Source: Podarcis gaigeae (Eukaryota). Taken from it: 64,000 nucleotides of DNA. This document shows, piece by piece, positions 12,711-25,019 of the stretch. Location of the stretch: NCBI GenBank assembly GCA_964106915.2, contig OZ066914.1, one strand, 5' to 3'. Numbering within the stretch: the first letter of the stretch is position 1; each line of letters starts with the position of its first letter. Below the pieces are notes generated by a model. It was not told the origin of the DNA. It worked only from the letters and a program-made list of their open reading frames with translations, and did no database searches. A program made the translations under genes and the position numbers.

Positions 12711-13475
12711 CAGGCATGTCCAAAGTCAGTTTCGGGGGCCTAATTCGGCCTGCGGGCCGATTTCATCTGGCCCCCATGGCAGCACATGTCCTGGGATAAC
12801 CATCAGAAGTGAGATGGTGGTAACAAAGGAAGGTTCTCTCTGTCGTGGCGCTTGGATGATGCAAGGCCTTCTCCCTGCACACTTCCTCAGCGCCTTCTTG
12901 GATGGTCCTTCAGAGCCAAATAGAAACACAGCTAGATATTCACACTTTTAATGGAGTCTAGGATCTTTTAAGGTGTGTCCCCAGCACATTTTCATCTCTG
13001 GTGCATGCTGATGATCTTTTGCTCTTATTGTTCTCTTAGTATTATTATTATTATTGCTTCTGCGACTTTTTTTAGATAAATTTTTTTTCCCCACTTCTGC
13101 TCTGTCTTGTTTTAAGTTTTATTGGTTTTATGGATTAAAAAAACCCGTTGCAACCCATCTTTGGAACTAAGGTGGAGAGGGATATGATTATTCTTTTTTT
13201 ACATAAATAAATAATAGAACTGGAGAGCTGGAGGGGTCTTTGAGGTCACTGGGTCCTACTACTTGCTCTATTCTCCTATAAGTGGGAGGCAGCAGAAGGG
13301 CTTGGGGGGAGCCCCACATCTCTCCCCCCCCTTAAAAGAGAAGGCTGATGAGCAGAGATCAAATCCTGCTGCCTAAGCTGCCCAATCCTGTTCCTTGCTG
13401 GGAACAGGGTAGCCCAGCCAACCCTGCGCTCCCGCCCACCAGTTGACATCACCAGCCATGTCATCTGATGTGCAA

Positions 13476-13920
13476 TGTCAAGGACTGGCAGGATGCTGTT
13501 GAGCATGCATGGGGAGGAAGGGGGCTGGAGTCTAACTTGGGAGAGGGGGGCAGGGTTTTGGGGGACCTGTGCCAACCAGGAGGCAAGAATCAGAGGCAGG
13601 GGAAGCTTCAGAGCTGGAAGAAGAGGCAGGCCAGGCAAGTGAAGAGCCGGGTGCTGCTAACCTACCCTCTCTCCTGCACCACTGTCTCCTAGAACTAAGA
13701 GAGGACTAAAGAGGGAAGAGCAGAGGCAGCTGTCACGCAGGCATAGTCTCCGGCTACATGCACACAGCCCATCGCAGGAAGGTACATAAACTGGTGGAGG
13801 GAGGCTGGTCCCTAGTTGCTGCAACTGCTCCATAGAATGCAGACCTGGGAACAGCTGCCTAGACGTTAGAATGGTGTACTTTGGTATCCACAGCTGTAGA
13901 AGCAAGTGTTATCTTTGACA
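13476..13920 (+). mobile_element. Solo LTR (Gypsy-like), degenerate
   Basis: Termini TGTCAAGG...CTTTGACA form an inverted repeat; TATA-like CATAAA near 13785 is followed by GTTGCTGCAAC; coding relic resembles the 31044 LTR. No TSD is recognisable. Confidence 0.65.
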
Positions 13921-16028
13921 ACATAGAGTGAATCCTCTGCTGTGTGTGTTCCTTTGGCTGCAAGCGCCCTTGACAGGCAGGTGGCTGTGGTTTGCAAGAA
14001 ACAGCCTGGTGGGCCAAGACGGTCTTGCTGGCCGAAGGCTCCCCACCCCTTCCCTAGATGAACATATAAACAGTATCCATTCAGGGCTGTCCAAGCAACC
14101 AGGTACCCTGCCAGCAAAGTCGCATTCAGAGTAGACCCACTGAAATTAATGCACCTAGGTTAGTCAAGTTTATTAACTTCAATGGGTCTACTCTGAGTAA
14201 GCTTAGGAATGAAAGCACCTGTAATCTTCACCCAGTACGTTTTCCAGACCTACCTGGGTCATTCCTAAAGCAACTTCTGGTTGGGGCAACATAACTCTAA
14301 TGCAGACCAAGAGGTGGAGTCCTGCACTGTCTGGGCTGCTTTTGCTAACTCATGAGAGTGGACCTTGCAATGTAATGTGTGGCTCGCTTCCAGGTAGGCT
14401 GGCACAGCCCCAAGGCATTCCAGCATCTCTTGCCCTAATGCAATTGCAGAGGGCCGCAGTAATAAAGCAGCACTTAAGGTCTTCAAAGTCTTAGCTTACC
14501 GTCCATTTCATTGTCCCAACTCTCATGCAGAGGGCAGAAAAGCGGTTCCTTACAGCAACGCTCCATGCAGCGGGGTAACATGTAAATGCCCACAGTTTAC
14601 ATGGAGATCACTCACTCAACAGACTCCTGCCTATCGGCAAGGAGTTCACCTGCCCACACATTTCACAGGGAGGTCTAACCTGCAGCAGGTAGCACCAGCA
14701 TCTGGTTACATGGGCAGGTTGGGGCCCGTGGCCTAGAAATTGGTCCACGCTCCACCAGCCACTCTCCCATCACCAGTGATGGCTTTGTGGATTTGTGCAG
14801 TGGGTTCAATTAAACGTTTCTGCTCTGCCTGCAATAACTAGCATGCGACAAATCCCAACCCTCCCTTCTTTATGCCTGCAATGTTGCAGCTCCAGCAAAA
14901 GCAGCCAACGCCTTCGCAAACAGAAATGCAAGATCCCTGGGAAAGAGACATCTCACTGCATGTATGACTGATCCATCACACAGTGGAAGTAACAAGCTTG
15001 CATAAGCAAGACTGGGAAGTGATCAGGTAGTAGCTGCCGTAAAGGGCAGTTAGCCAACATTTCTCTCTCGGGGAGCAACAAAGCAAGGCTCCACATTTCC
15101 ACAGCTACTGCCATTCTAAGAGCAGTGCAAGATCAACAGGGGGGGAAAGCAGACTGAAAAGAGGTGGCAAGGGATGGAAGAGGAATTCCATTCCATTTGC
15201 TCACATTGAGAAGGCCACACACAGATTGGGCCAATCCTGTGCTGACCTCCATTAATTGGGCAACCTCCACGTTGGGCAAAAGATTCCTCCACTAAAGGGG
15301 GTTGGGCTAGATGACCCTTGGAGTCCCTTCCAACTCTATGGTTCTATAATCCAACTGGCAGGTGGACTGGTTACGAAAGCTAGCACACCTAACAGCTGGT
15401 AGTTCCAAATGTGGTGGTGCCCCGGAGGTGTTGGACAGACTCTCTTGCATCTCTTGGGGGAACATTTTTTCATTACACTGGTGCTAGATCATGAAGGAAA
15501 CAGAGGCCGGCCTGCAGCCATCGATCCTCACATGGCTGGAGGCCTAATTCTACACAGAGAGAAGAGCCTGCAGAACAGGGGTGGCAAGCTTTTTCAGTCC
15601 AACAACCACCTTCCCCTGAGTGCTACCTTCTGAGGCCTGCAGCTGCATGCTGGTGGTGGCTTGGGCAACAGGAGTGATTCTTATATTTGTACAGTATCTG
15701 CAGTCCAGCCCTGCAAAAGTCAGAGGTTTCTACATGTAAATATTTCCATCCAAGCAAGGAAGAGGCCTTGGTATGGGTTCAAGGGCACATTCCAGCCAGA
15801 GGAAAAAACGAAGGAGGGTGTTGAGCAGAGCCTGTAAGGGGTGTGGTCCAGCGAAGGTTCTGAGGGCCAGACTGAGGGGTCGTCATCATCATCATCATCA
15901 TCATTTTATTTGTATGCCACCTTTCCATAGTTAAAACAATGCTCAAAGCAGCTTACAACATAACAATATTTACATATTTACAGGATAAAGGAAGTCTTTT
16001 ATTTGGTTGTTTGTATTGTTGTATTTTG

Positions 16029-16395
16029 GGACGCAGGTGGCGCTGTGGGTTAAAGCCTCAGCGCCTAGGACTTGCCGATCGAAAGGTCGGCAGTTCGAAT
16101 CCCTGCGGCGGGGTGCGCTCACGCTGCTCGGTCCCAGCGCCTGCCAACCTAGCAGTTCGAAAGCACCTCCGGGTGCAAGTAGATAAATAGGGACCGCTTA
16201 CCAGCGGGAAGGTAAACGGCGTTTCCGTGTGCGGCTCTGGCTCGCCAGAGCAGCGATGTCACGCTGGCCACGTGACCCGGAAGTGTCTCTGGACAGCGCT
16301 GGCCCCTGGCCTCTTAAGTGAGATGGGCGCACAACCCCAGAGTCTGTCAAGACTGGCCCGTACGGGCAGGGGTACCTTTACCTTTTACCTTTACC
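16029..16395 (+). mobile_element. Sauria SINE, young (CpG-rich)
   Basis: Full head to (ACCTTT)n tail; 15-bp TSD TATTGTTGTATTTTG (16014-16028 / 16396-16410). Confidence 0.92.
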
Positions 16396-16410
16396 TATTG
16401 TTGTATTTTG

Positions 16411-16632
16411 TATTTTGGCCACCTCATAAGAAGAGAAGACTCCCTGGGAAAGACTCTGATGTTGGGAAAGATGGAGGGCACAAGGAGAAGGGGATGACAG
16501 AGGACGAGATGGTTGGACAGTGTTCTCGAAGCTACTAACATGAGTTTGACCAAACTGCGGGAGGCAGTGGAAGACAGAAGTGCCTGGCGTGCTCTGGTCC
16601 ATGGGGTCACGAAGAGTTGGACATGACTAAAC
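16411..16632 (+). mobile_element. Bov-B (RTE clade) LINE 3' end
   Basis: Encodes YFGHLIRREDSL..KTLMLGKMEG..RRRG.QRTRWLD; ends GTCCATGGGGTCACGAAGAGTTGGACATGACT, typical of Bov-B. Confidence 0.88.
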
Positions 16633-16687
16633 GTGTTGTATTGTCTCCCCAGTGTGGCTGGGGAAACTCACTCAGATGGGCGGGGTT

Positions 16688-16731
16688 TAAATAAATAAAT
16701 AAATAAAATAAATAAATAAATAAATAAATAA
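16688..16731. repeat. (AAAT)n microsatellite / retroposon tail
   Basis: Direct reading. Confidence 0.9.
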
Positions 16732-19103
16732 AAGTTATGCTCCCTATGTTATGTTCACGTTTCATGGGGGTGGATTTCTGTATTGGAAGGAGTGGGGGGT
16801 TTATGTTATGTTGTAAATAAAATTCCAATAAAAATATTTTAAAAACAAACAATATTTACATAATTACTGTACCAACATAACAAAAGTCATAAGCAATAAA
16901 TAAAACACATCAAAAAGTACACAACCAAATGGAAAACGATTTCCACAAAGATCATAAAATCTAAAACTAGGAATACAGCATTAATACCAATCACAATTTA
17001 AAATGACATAGATAAAAAATAAAAGCAATTTAAAAAGGAAAAACGGAGCCCTCTCTGCCCAGCAACAGCGGCAGCCGTCCTTTATGGAGCTTGTCAGGCC
17101 CCGCCCCAAGCCAGGTGGACAGAAGCAGGTCAGTCCTCCCCCAGGTCTGGGGTCCGCATTTGAGATTCTCCACCCCTGTGCTAGAGCTTCAGTGCCTATT
17201 TAAGCAAATGCCTTTTAAAAATAAAACAGAGCACCCTGATTGCCAAGAGGGCATTTAATTGAAACATGCCTTTTTCTGCACCCTTTTCCCCTTAGTAGCG
17301 CCACCTTCCTTGCAGAGCCTTGAAATGCTTCCAGGCGCTCTGGTATTCTTCTTGCCCATAAAAGCAAGCTATATTTTGAGCAGGCATCTGGCAACTCTCC
17401 TTTTTTGGAGACTGACAAGAGGCAACTCAGCTGAGCCCCAATCCCTTGTTTTGCATAGATGGTTCTATCTCACACAGCTTCCAGGAAAATCAAAAAAGGA
17501 TTTAAAAAAACAAAAAAACCAGGAAGGGCAGAGGGGAGGCTCTGCTCACAAATGAGCCCAGAGAGGGCTGCCGACGTGCGTTATGCAAACAGCACGCTCT
17601 GTTCCAACCTTTTCCAGACACCTCAACAAGAGCAAGCGCAGAGAAGACAGGCAGTCCTTATCACTCCATTAAATGCTCGACTGTGTAAGATCCCTCTGCT
17701 CCAGTGACGGCTGTGCAAACCCATAAATCCCGGCCCGCTTTCCTGCCAAATGGAACAGCAAGGTTTACATACTTCCCCTAAGTGGTAAGCAAACTTCCTT
17801 TCCAAGGGACAGGCAATCTATCAGAGCTCGCCGGCTCAGTTAGCCCCCTGATCTACGAATGCACAGCTTTTCTCAAGTGGCCAAGAGTCATGCTCAGCTC
17901 CCCTGAAAAATCTTGGGTTTGCAATCACACTGCACGCTTCTGAAGACCAGATTCTGGCGGCAAACAAAAGGACAACATCAACGTCCACATTCCCAGTTTG
18001 TGTGCTTCAGCTGGCTGCTGTTTGGTCTGATCCAGCCACAGCAGGTACATTTGGCTCCTGGGAACATAGGAAGATACAGGAAGAAGCTGAGCCACTCAGT
18101 CCTTTAATCTATCTAATTTAACACTGTATATGTGGACCAACAGTGGCTCTTCGGGATTCAGGAGTCTCCCCCAGCCCTTCCTGGAGGTGCCAAGGACTAA
18201 ACCCGGGACCTTTTGCATATAAAGCATGTGGCTTTACTACCGAGTCACAACCCTTACCCTAGAGCCTAGAGGAATGTTTGGCTCCTGGCGCCCATCCAAT
18301 CACATAGTCTTGGGCAACTGATGTCTCTTAGTGTGGTAACAACAAAGCCAGTTATTATGGACAGAAATATCCTCCTGCCAAAACAAGCATTTCCTCCGCT
18401 TTTTACAGTTTGATTGAAACAGGATTAAAGGATCAAGATAGGCATTTGTTGTGAAACAACTGTGTCTGTGTCCATGTGAAAAACTACAGCTCCCATTTTA
18501 AAACATGCCATAGTCAATCCACAGTGAAAATAGTCGCAACGAGGCTTATTTTGCAGCAATTTACAATAACCACAAACATTGACAGACCATTTTCAAACTT
18601 GGCTTCCTCCTCCCCTTGCTAAGGAGAGGAGAGGAGGAAAAACAATATCACTGGAATAATGCATAATTCTGTATGCTCAAAGAAAAGGCATGTGGGTCTG
18701 TGGCCCTGCTTTAGTCTGCACAACACTGTAAATCTGATTGAGCCTCCCAAGTGAAAACCTGAGGGAAGAGGATATTTATTCTTTTACAGCAAAGGAACTA
18801 ATCTCCACTTCTAAGCAGGAATGCTGGAGCTGAAGTCCTAGCTTTGACAAAGGTGAGGGGCAGGATGGGCAAATTAAGAAATGCACAGCTCCAATGCAAT
18901 TCTTTTCTACTCTGTTGTATGAATTAAACTGGTAGCTTATACTACCTGCCCACTGATCTAGCAAGCTCAGCCCCGTCTACTCAGACCGGCAGTGGCTTTC
19001 CAGGGTCTTTTGAAAAGGTTTCTCCCACCCCAGCCTAGCTGATCCTTTTTACTGGAGGTGCCAAGGATTGAACCTGCGACCTGCATTCAAAGCAAGTGTT
19101 CTG

Positions 19104-19246
19104 GGCCTGGGATAGCTCAGTGGGGACAGCATGAGACTCTTAGTCTGAGAGTTGTGGGTTTGAGCACCACATAGGGCAAAAGATTCCTGCATTGCAGGGG
19201 GTTGGACTAGATGACCCTTGTGGTCCCTTCCAACTCTACAATTCTA
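19104..19246 (+). mobile_element. tRNA-Lys-like SINE with CR1 tail
   Basis: GATAGCTCAG...GAGACTCTTA...GTGGGTTTGAGC head followed by GGGGGTTGGACTAGATGACC...TTCCAACTCTACAATTCTA. Confidence 0.8.
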
Positions 19247-20281
19247 CTGTTGAGCTGCGGTTGCTGCCTGCCAAACAGTCTGCTGCTATGAAAAGGAGGG
19301 TGGCTCCCATAACCCTGCTCAAATCCTAGCTCCACCACCACCACAAAACAGCCTGCCTCATTCGCAAGCTTTTAGGATGTGTTCCGACCAGGCTAGGAAC
19401 AGCTCGAAGCAGCTCCAGGGCCTGAAGACCTAAATAAAAGAGATGACAGTTCCAATCTATCAACTTCTTGTGGCTATGAAAAAGCACAGGAGACCAGTAG
19501 GTCTGTGGCAGACATCTGAATATTATTACACTCCCATGCACTGCAACACCAGCAGTCTGGATTCAGCAGTAGTGTACTGGCAAAATCCCTTCATGATAGT
19601 TACAGCCATGTCCCTTCACAGTCTTGCCACTTCTAAGATTATACAATAAAATTATAATTACACAATAATAAATATTGGGGGTGCATTGCACCAATCAATA
19701 CAGATCTAGCCTTTCAGCCAGATCTACTGTTTTCTGCACACATACATGGGCAAATGATTTGCAGTGCTGCAATATCTTCTTTCAGAGGAACTTAAACTGC
19801 ATTTTTCATAAAGTTCCGTTGTGCACAGCAGAACCTGCATACCATTCTCTTGAAACTGAAGCACCTTGTAGCTTTGGATACCGGAGACAGGGACCCTGCT
19901 GCTGAATAGGAACAGGTCCCCTGCAAACCCGGACCACTACACCACTGGCCAACTTCTCTCCCAAGCAAGCATATTCCTAGAGGAGCAGTATGTCAAACAT
20001 GGCAATAGATTTCCAAAAGGAGGCACTCTCCTGTTAACTGACTTTCCCATCTGCAAGGTGACATGGCCTAAATTTCTTAACTTGTAGTAATAGACTGCCA
20101 CCACAACAGCTTTGAGGATGTGTGTGCACCTGTTACTCACGTGGCGATGGTACATTTTAGCAGAACGCTACAAAGTGCTAAGAACATGACAGGAACAAAC
20201 CCTACCAACGCTTTTAAAAATGAAGCCTTTGATAGATATAGCAGGACAGGAACTGACCTGCTGCCACACACCTTAGAAGTA

Positions 20282-20529
20282 CAGTGGTACCACTAGTTAC
20301 GAATTTAATTCGTTTTGGAGGTCTTAACCTGTTTCTTAACCTGAAACTGTTCTTAACTAGAGGCGTGCTTTTGCTAATGGGGCCTCTTGCTGCCGCTGCG
20401 CCGCCAGCACACGATTTCCGTTCTCATCCTGGGGCAAAGTTCTCAACTCGAGGTAACTCTTCCAGGTTGACGGAGTTTGTAACCTGAAGCGTTTGTAACC
20501 TGAGGCGTTTGCAACTCGAGGTACCACTG
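20282..20529 (-). mobile_element. Tigger/pogo-like MITE, family A
   Basis: TA-flanked TIRs; reverse orientation relative to 2132. Confidence 0.88.
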
Positions 20530-20986
20530 TACGTTAATAAAGAAAGTAAAGAGATAACTGCTTGCTAATCCAGAATTTAGATGACCACGTCTTTGCTCAA
20601 CATCCAGTTACAACACACCCTTTCTGCGAGCTCTTCCAACAACTCCCCCCTCCCATCTGTTTACCATCCGGCCAGAAAAACAGTGTATATTGCCCACCAA
20701 TAATGTTGCCATGGCATCGAGAGATGCTGCTGGGCAACAATGCACCAATATAACCCGTCATACCCTGCAGCGCCAGCATTCCCAGGCATCTGCATCCCTC
20801 TTGTCGCTTTTATTGTGATTTACGGCCACTTCTCTTTCACTGCAAATCAGAAACAAGCAAGAATCTCACGTCGCTGAAATACAGATTCCTTCAAGGTAGT
20901 ACGGGGGAGGCAAAATTGGATTGCTACACCCTATTTGTAGGAGAGGATTTTCCCGCCCTGAACTTCACCCCAGGGGCCTGGAGTTT

Positions 20987-21566
20987 GTTTATTTATTTTT
21001 TATATAAATTTTATTTTCAGTTTTTCACAAGTTGACAAATACACACCTTACAAACACATACCTCCAATACAACTGAATATTTTACTTCCCTCCCCCCCAC
21101 CCCCTTTTGTGATTCCTTTTCTAATTTAAATTAACATTGAATTTTCCACTTTATTCCACTTTTTAAAGTTATTCTTCCATTTATCTTAGTACATTTTTAA
21201 TTGCTAATGAACTTGCTTGTATGCCAGAATTTTTCAAATATGCTACAAATTTTCCTTACTCTTCTTTTTTTTTTTTTTTAAAAAAAAAATCCCTCTTGGT
21301 TTCTTATTACACCTGTCAGTTTTGCCATTTTGGCACAATCCATCAATTTAATCAGCCATACTTCCTTAGCTGGTATAACATCTTCTTTCCACCTCTGGGC
21401 AAACACCATTCTGGCTGCAGTTGTGGTATACATGAACAAATTTTTAGGGTCCTTCGGAATCTCTATATTCACTATCCCTAACAGAAAAGCTCCTGTTGTG
21501 TTTTTTTTTTAATTAAAGTTATTTTAAACATTTTATTCAGTTCATTATACATCATTTCACAGATTT
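20987..21566 (-). mobile_element. L1-clade LINE 3' fragment
   Basis: Minus-strand relic NLFMYTTTAARMVFAQRWK; T-rich tail on the left; 18-bp TSD CCCAGGGGCCTGGAGTTT (20969-20986 / 21567-21584). Confidence 0.85.
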
Positions 21567-22377
21567 CCCAGGGGCCTGGAGTTTAAGCAGGACCACTCTG
21601 GAAAGCAACTGTGTTCACTGTTGGTGTGCCATGGTTTCCTACAAACATACATATCTTTAAACACCCATGTTGTATCCCAGAACAAGTGGAGAATTGTAGT
21701 TTCCATTTTAGAAAAGAGGAAATTTCTAATCCTGGTGGCTACGGCGAGCCGACTGACACTATGCAAGGAGCATCTCAGAAGCCATGGTGGGTAGCAGTGG
21801 CTTGAACCAAGCTTCCCAGCAGCCACCGGTTACGGCACTGCAGTAGACTGAGATGTGTATTCAAGACACGCCCTCCTCTGCTTCCAGGAAGGTTCATGCA
21901 CTTGGTGCGATAATAAATACAGGCCCAGAATAAAGGGCAGTGATAAAAAGAGGCAGGTGCCACGTAGTTCACTTCAATGGATTCCTAAAGAGGTGTGGGT
22001 GTGAGGAAGAGGCCAAACATCACCAAAGAGTTTAGAAAAAGCTTCAGCAGGAGAAAATATACGGACATTCTGAGAGTACCGACTCCCTATACAAGCAAAC
22101 TATAAAGGAGCTCAGCAGTTTTTATGGTCTCTGTGTTTCTGATTAGCTCATCAGCCCCAGTGCAGAAGCTACTCCCGTTCCAGCAGTCATAGAATTCATT
22201 CACAAAGCACTCATGATTAGTGTCGTCATACAAGGATATAGAAGTTATGAACAACAGGGTGATCGTAGGGGCAAAGCCGTAGATCAATAGCTGAGCATCA
22301 GCAGAAAGTCTCAACTTCAATCCTTGGCTTCTCCAGTTTAAAAGATGGAAAGGACTCCTGCCTCACTCCTTGTAGAG

Positions 22378-22512
22378 CAGGCATAGGCAACCTTTGGCCC
22401 TCCAGACATTTTGGACTACAATTCCCATCATCCCTGACCACTGGTCCTGCTAGCTAGGGATCATGGGAGTTGTAGGCCAAAACACCTGGAGGGCTGAATG
22501 TTGCCTAAGCTG
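22378..22512. mobile_element. Palindromic hAT-like MITE
   Basis: TIRs with a perfect 8-bp TSD TTGTAGAG (22370-22377 / 22513-22520). Confidence 0.9.
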
Positions 22513-24058
22513 TTGTAGAGGAACGGCCAGTCAGAGCAGGCCAGGGGTCACCAACACTGTGCTTGTGAGCATGCAGATGCACCCTTGACACCTTCTCCTG
22601 ACTCTTACAGAGTCTCTGAGGGACCCTCCCCTTCGCTGCTCTCTTGGTTGTGAGGTGATGAGGGTTGTTACCTTTTTCTCCCTTGAAAAGTACATAGAGT
22701 TGCTGGAAGAAGCTGCAAGAGTGGCACTCTTCCCTACTTCCTCTTTCAGCTCTCATGTTCTTTTAAGGCTCAGATTTGACTTTTACCCCGATCTCCTGGA
22801 AAAGTGAAATATGTGTTCATGTGCTTTCTCTTTTTCTGTCTCTCAGATGTGTGTGTGATTTGAGGGAGAGAAGTGAACAGAGGCAGGGAAGCCCACAGGA
22901 CTCCCTCAAAAATGCATTATGTGTCCGCATGATTATAGAATCATAGAGTTGGATGAGACTCCCAAGGGCAATCTAATCCACACACCCCTTGAAATGCAGG
23001 AATCTCAACTAAAGCACCTGTGAATATCCATTAAAAAGGCAATACTGAGCTACAGAGACAAATAGCCTGGTTTGATATAAGATAGGTTCCTATGTGTTCC
23101 AGGTATTATAAGCATAGTACAGTGGGGTGTTACGTGCTCTGAAAAGTGGGTTTTGAAAATTCCTTTTATAGGTCACCACTGTGAAAATTTTATCTTCGTA
23201 CTGAACTAACTTCCCACCACTGTCCCTGAAATGAAAATTCCTGGATCACAGCCTACCATCCCAAAGTTTCCACAGCTGGCAGGAGATCCCAATTCATCAT
23301 TTGGGAGTTCTCCTATGGGTCAGGGCATTTTTTAAAAAAATCAGCATATAAAAGCAAAGGTCCTAGATCATATTGCAGCCCAACTAGTGCAGTAATAGTT
23401 ATGCTTCAAGATTAGGTATAGATTTGTCAAATTCTTCCCATTATGGTAAACTTGTGTCTGAGCTGTACCACCACAGAGGGCAGGTGAGGATCTCACAGGT
23501 TGGATTGTTCTTCCATACCAAAAAAATTAAAAAATCCATCCATACAAAAAACTAGAAGTCATGGAGAAGGCTTCTATTTGAGTCTTTTCCCTCTGAGATG
23601 CTTTTTGTTTCTGAAGGGAGGAGCACTCAATTGTGCAAGCCCAACACCTGCAGTCAAAAATGGTGACACCCAACTAGGCCTCTGTCAGTGCTTACTTTCT
23701 TTTTTAAAGAGAGGAAAAAGGAGATGGTGATGATCAGGCCTGCCTATAAGGGATAGTCTGTAAATTGGAAGCCTTGCCTTTCCTAACATGGGGAAACTTA
23801 GCTGTTTGTGACAGAAATGTACTCGGTATTGCCCTTTCTATCACTAGCTAATATACTCCAGGGCTGAGTCAATGCCTTCAAAATAGTACCTGAGGCTTAC
23901 AGTACAATTCTATACATCTTGTTGTCTTTATTTATTTTATTACTCATTAGATTTCTTATCCATCCCAGGATGGTTTGCAGCAATTTTAAAATTAAATATT
24001 AAAAACAGTTCAAAACAAATTACTGTACAGTCAAAAGAATGCAGTAGGTCTTAAAGTG

Positions 24059-24060
<2 letters not shown>

Positions 24061-24120
<60 letters not shown>
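24061..24120. repeat. Compound (CT)n(CA)n microsatellite
   Basis: Direct reading. Confidence 0.95.
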
Positions 24121-25019
24121 CAGGAGTCAAAAGGCCAGGGTAAGAGGTGCATCTTCTTGCAACCTACATAATGAAGGCACTGGTCGCATCAATCTGGGGA
24201 GGAAATTCCATAATTTAGGGGTTGCCACCGAGAATGCTCTCCTGGGCCGACACCCCAAACACCTGAGGGCAGTGCCCCCAACCCGCCCCCACTGCTGATC
24301 TTGACACCCACAGAGGCGGCATTCTTTCAGATATTTGGGTGTAAGCCATTTATTCAGAAGTATGTCCCACTGAGTTAAATTGGACGTTCTCCCAGGTACG
24401 TAGGACTGCAGCTTTAAGCCTCAAATTTCAGCACAGGTGCCTCATAAATATGTAGACAGCTGGCACAGAATCTATTACCATTTAGTAATTGTAGTTTAAG
24501 ATCACTCTGCCAAACTTATGCAAGTGGCAAGGTTTTCATTCTTTCATCAATAGTCAGCACAAGGCTAACCCCACAATTCCAATAAAGGAGCATCTAGGCC
24601 CACTCACATTTTATTTTATTTTAAAACCATACACATGTGCATCTCTTTCCTTTCTGAAGCTGCTTTTATTTCCATGCCCTTTCTGTGGTGCCCATCCTGT
24701 TTCCGACTGTGGCTGTACAGATGTCGCCACCAGACCAAAAACAAGGCCCAAAGGCCCTACTCTTTGGTTGGGGTTTTCTTCAGGCTTCCTACCCTACAAC
24801 TACAACCCCATCTTCGCCGCGGCTTGCCAGCCTAAGCAGGGTCCGCGAGCAAAGGAGATTCCCCCAGTCTGCTCCTCAGATCATTGCAGGCAGACAAACC
24901 ACCCCCGCCCCCAGTGCAAAGCCCCTCCTCTCCTTTCCCACGGGATCTCTCGCCACAGCAACGCGGACCCTAAGGAGAACACACATCCCTATGGCTAGCT
25001 TAGGTGGGTGGTGGTGGTT

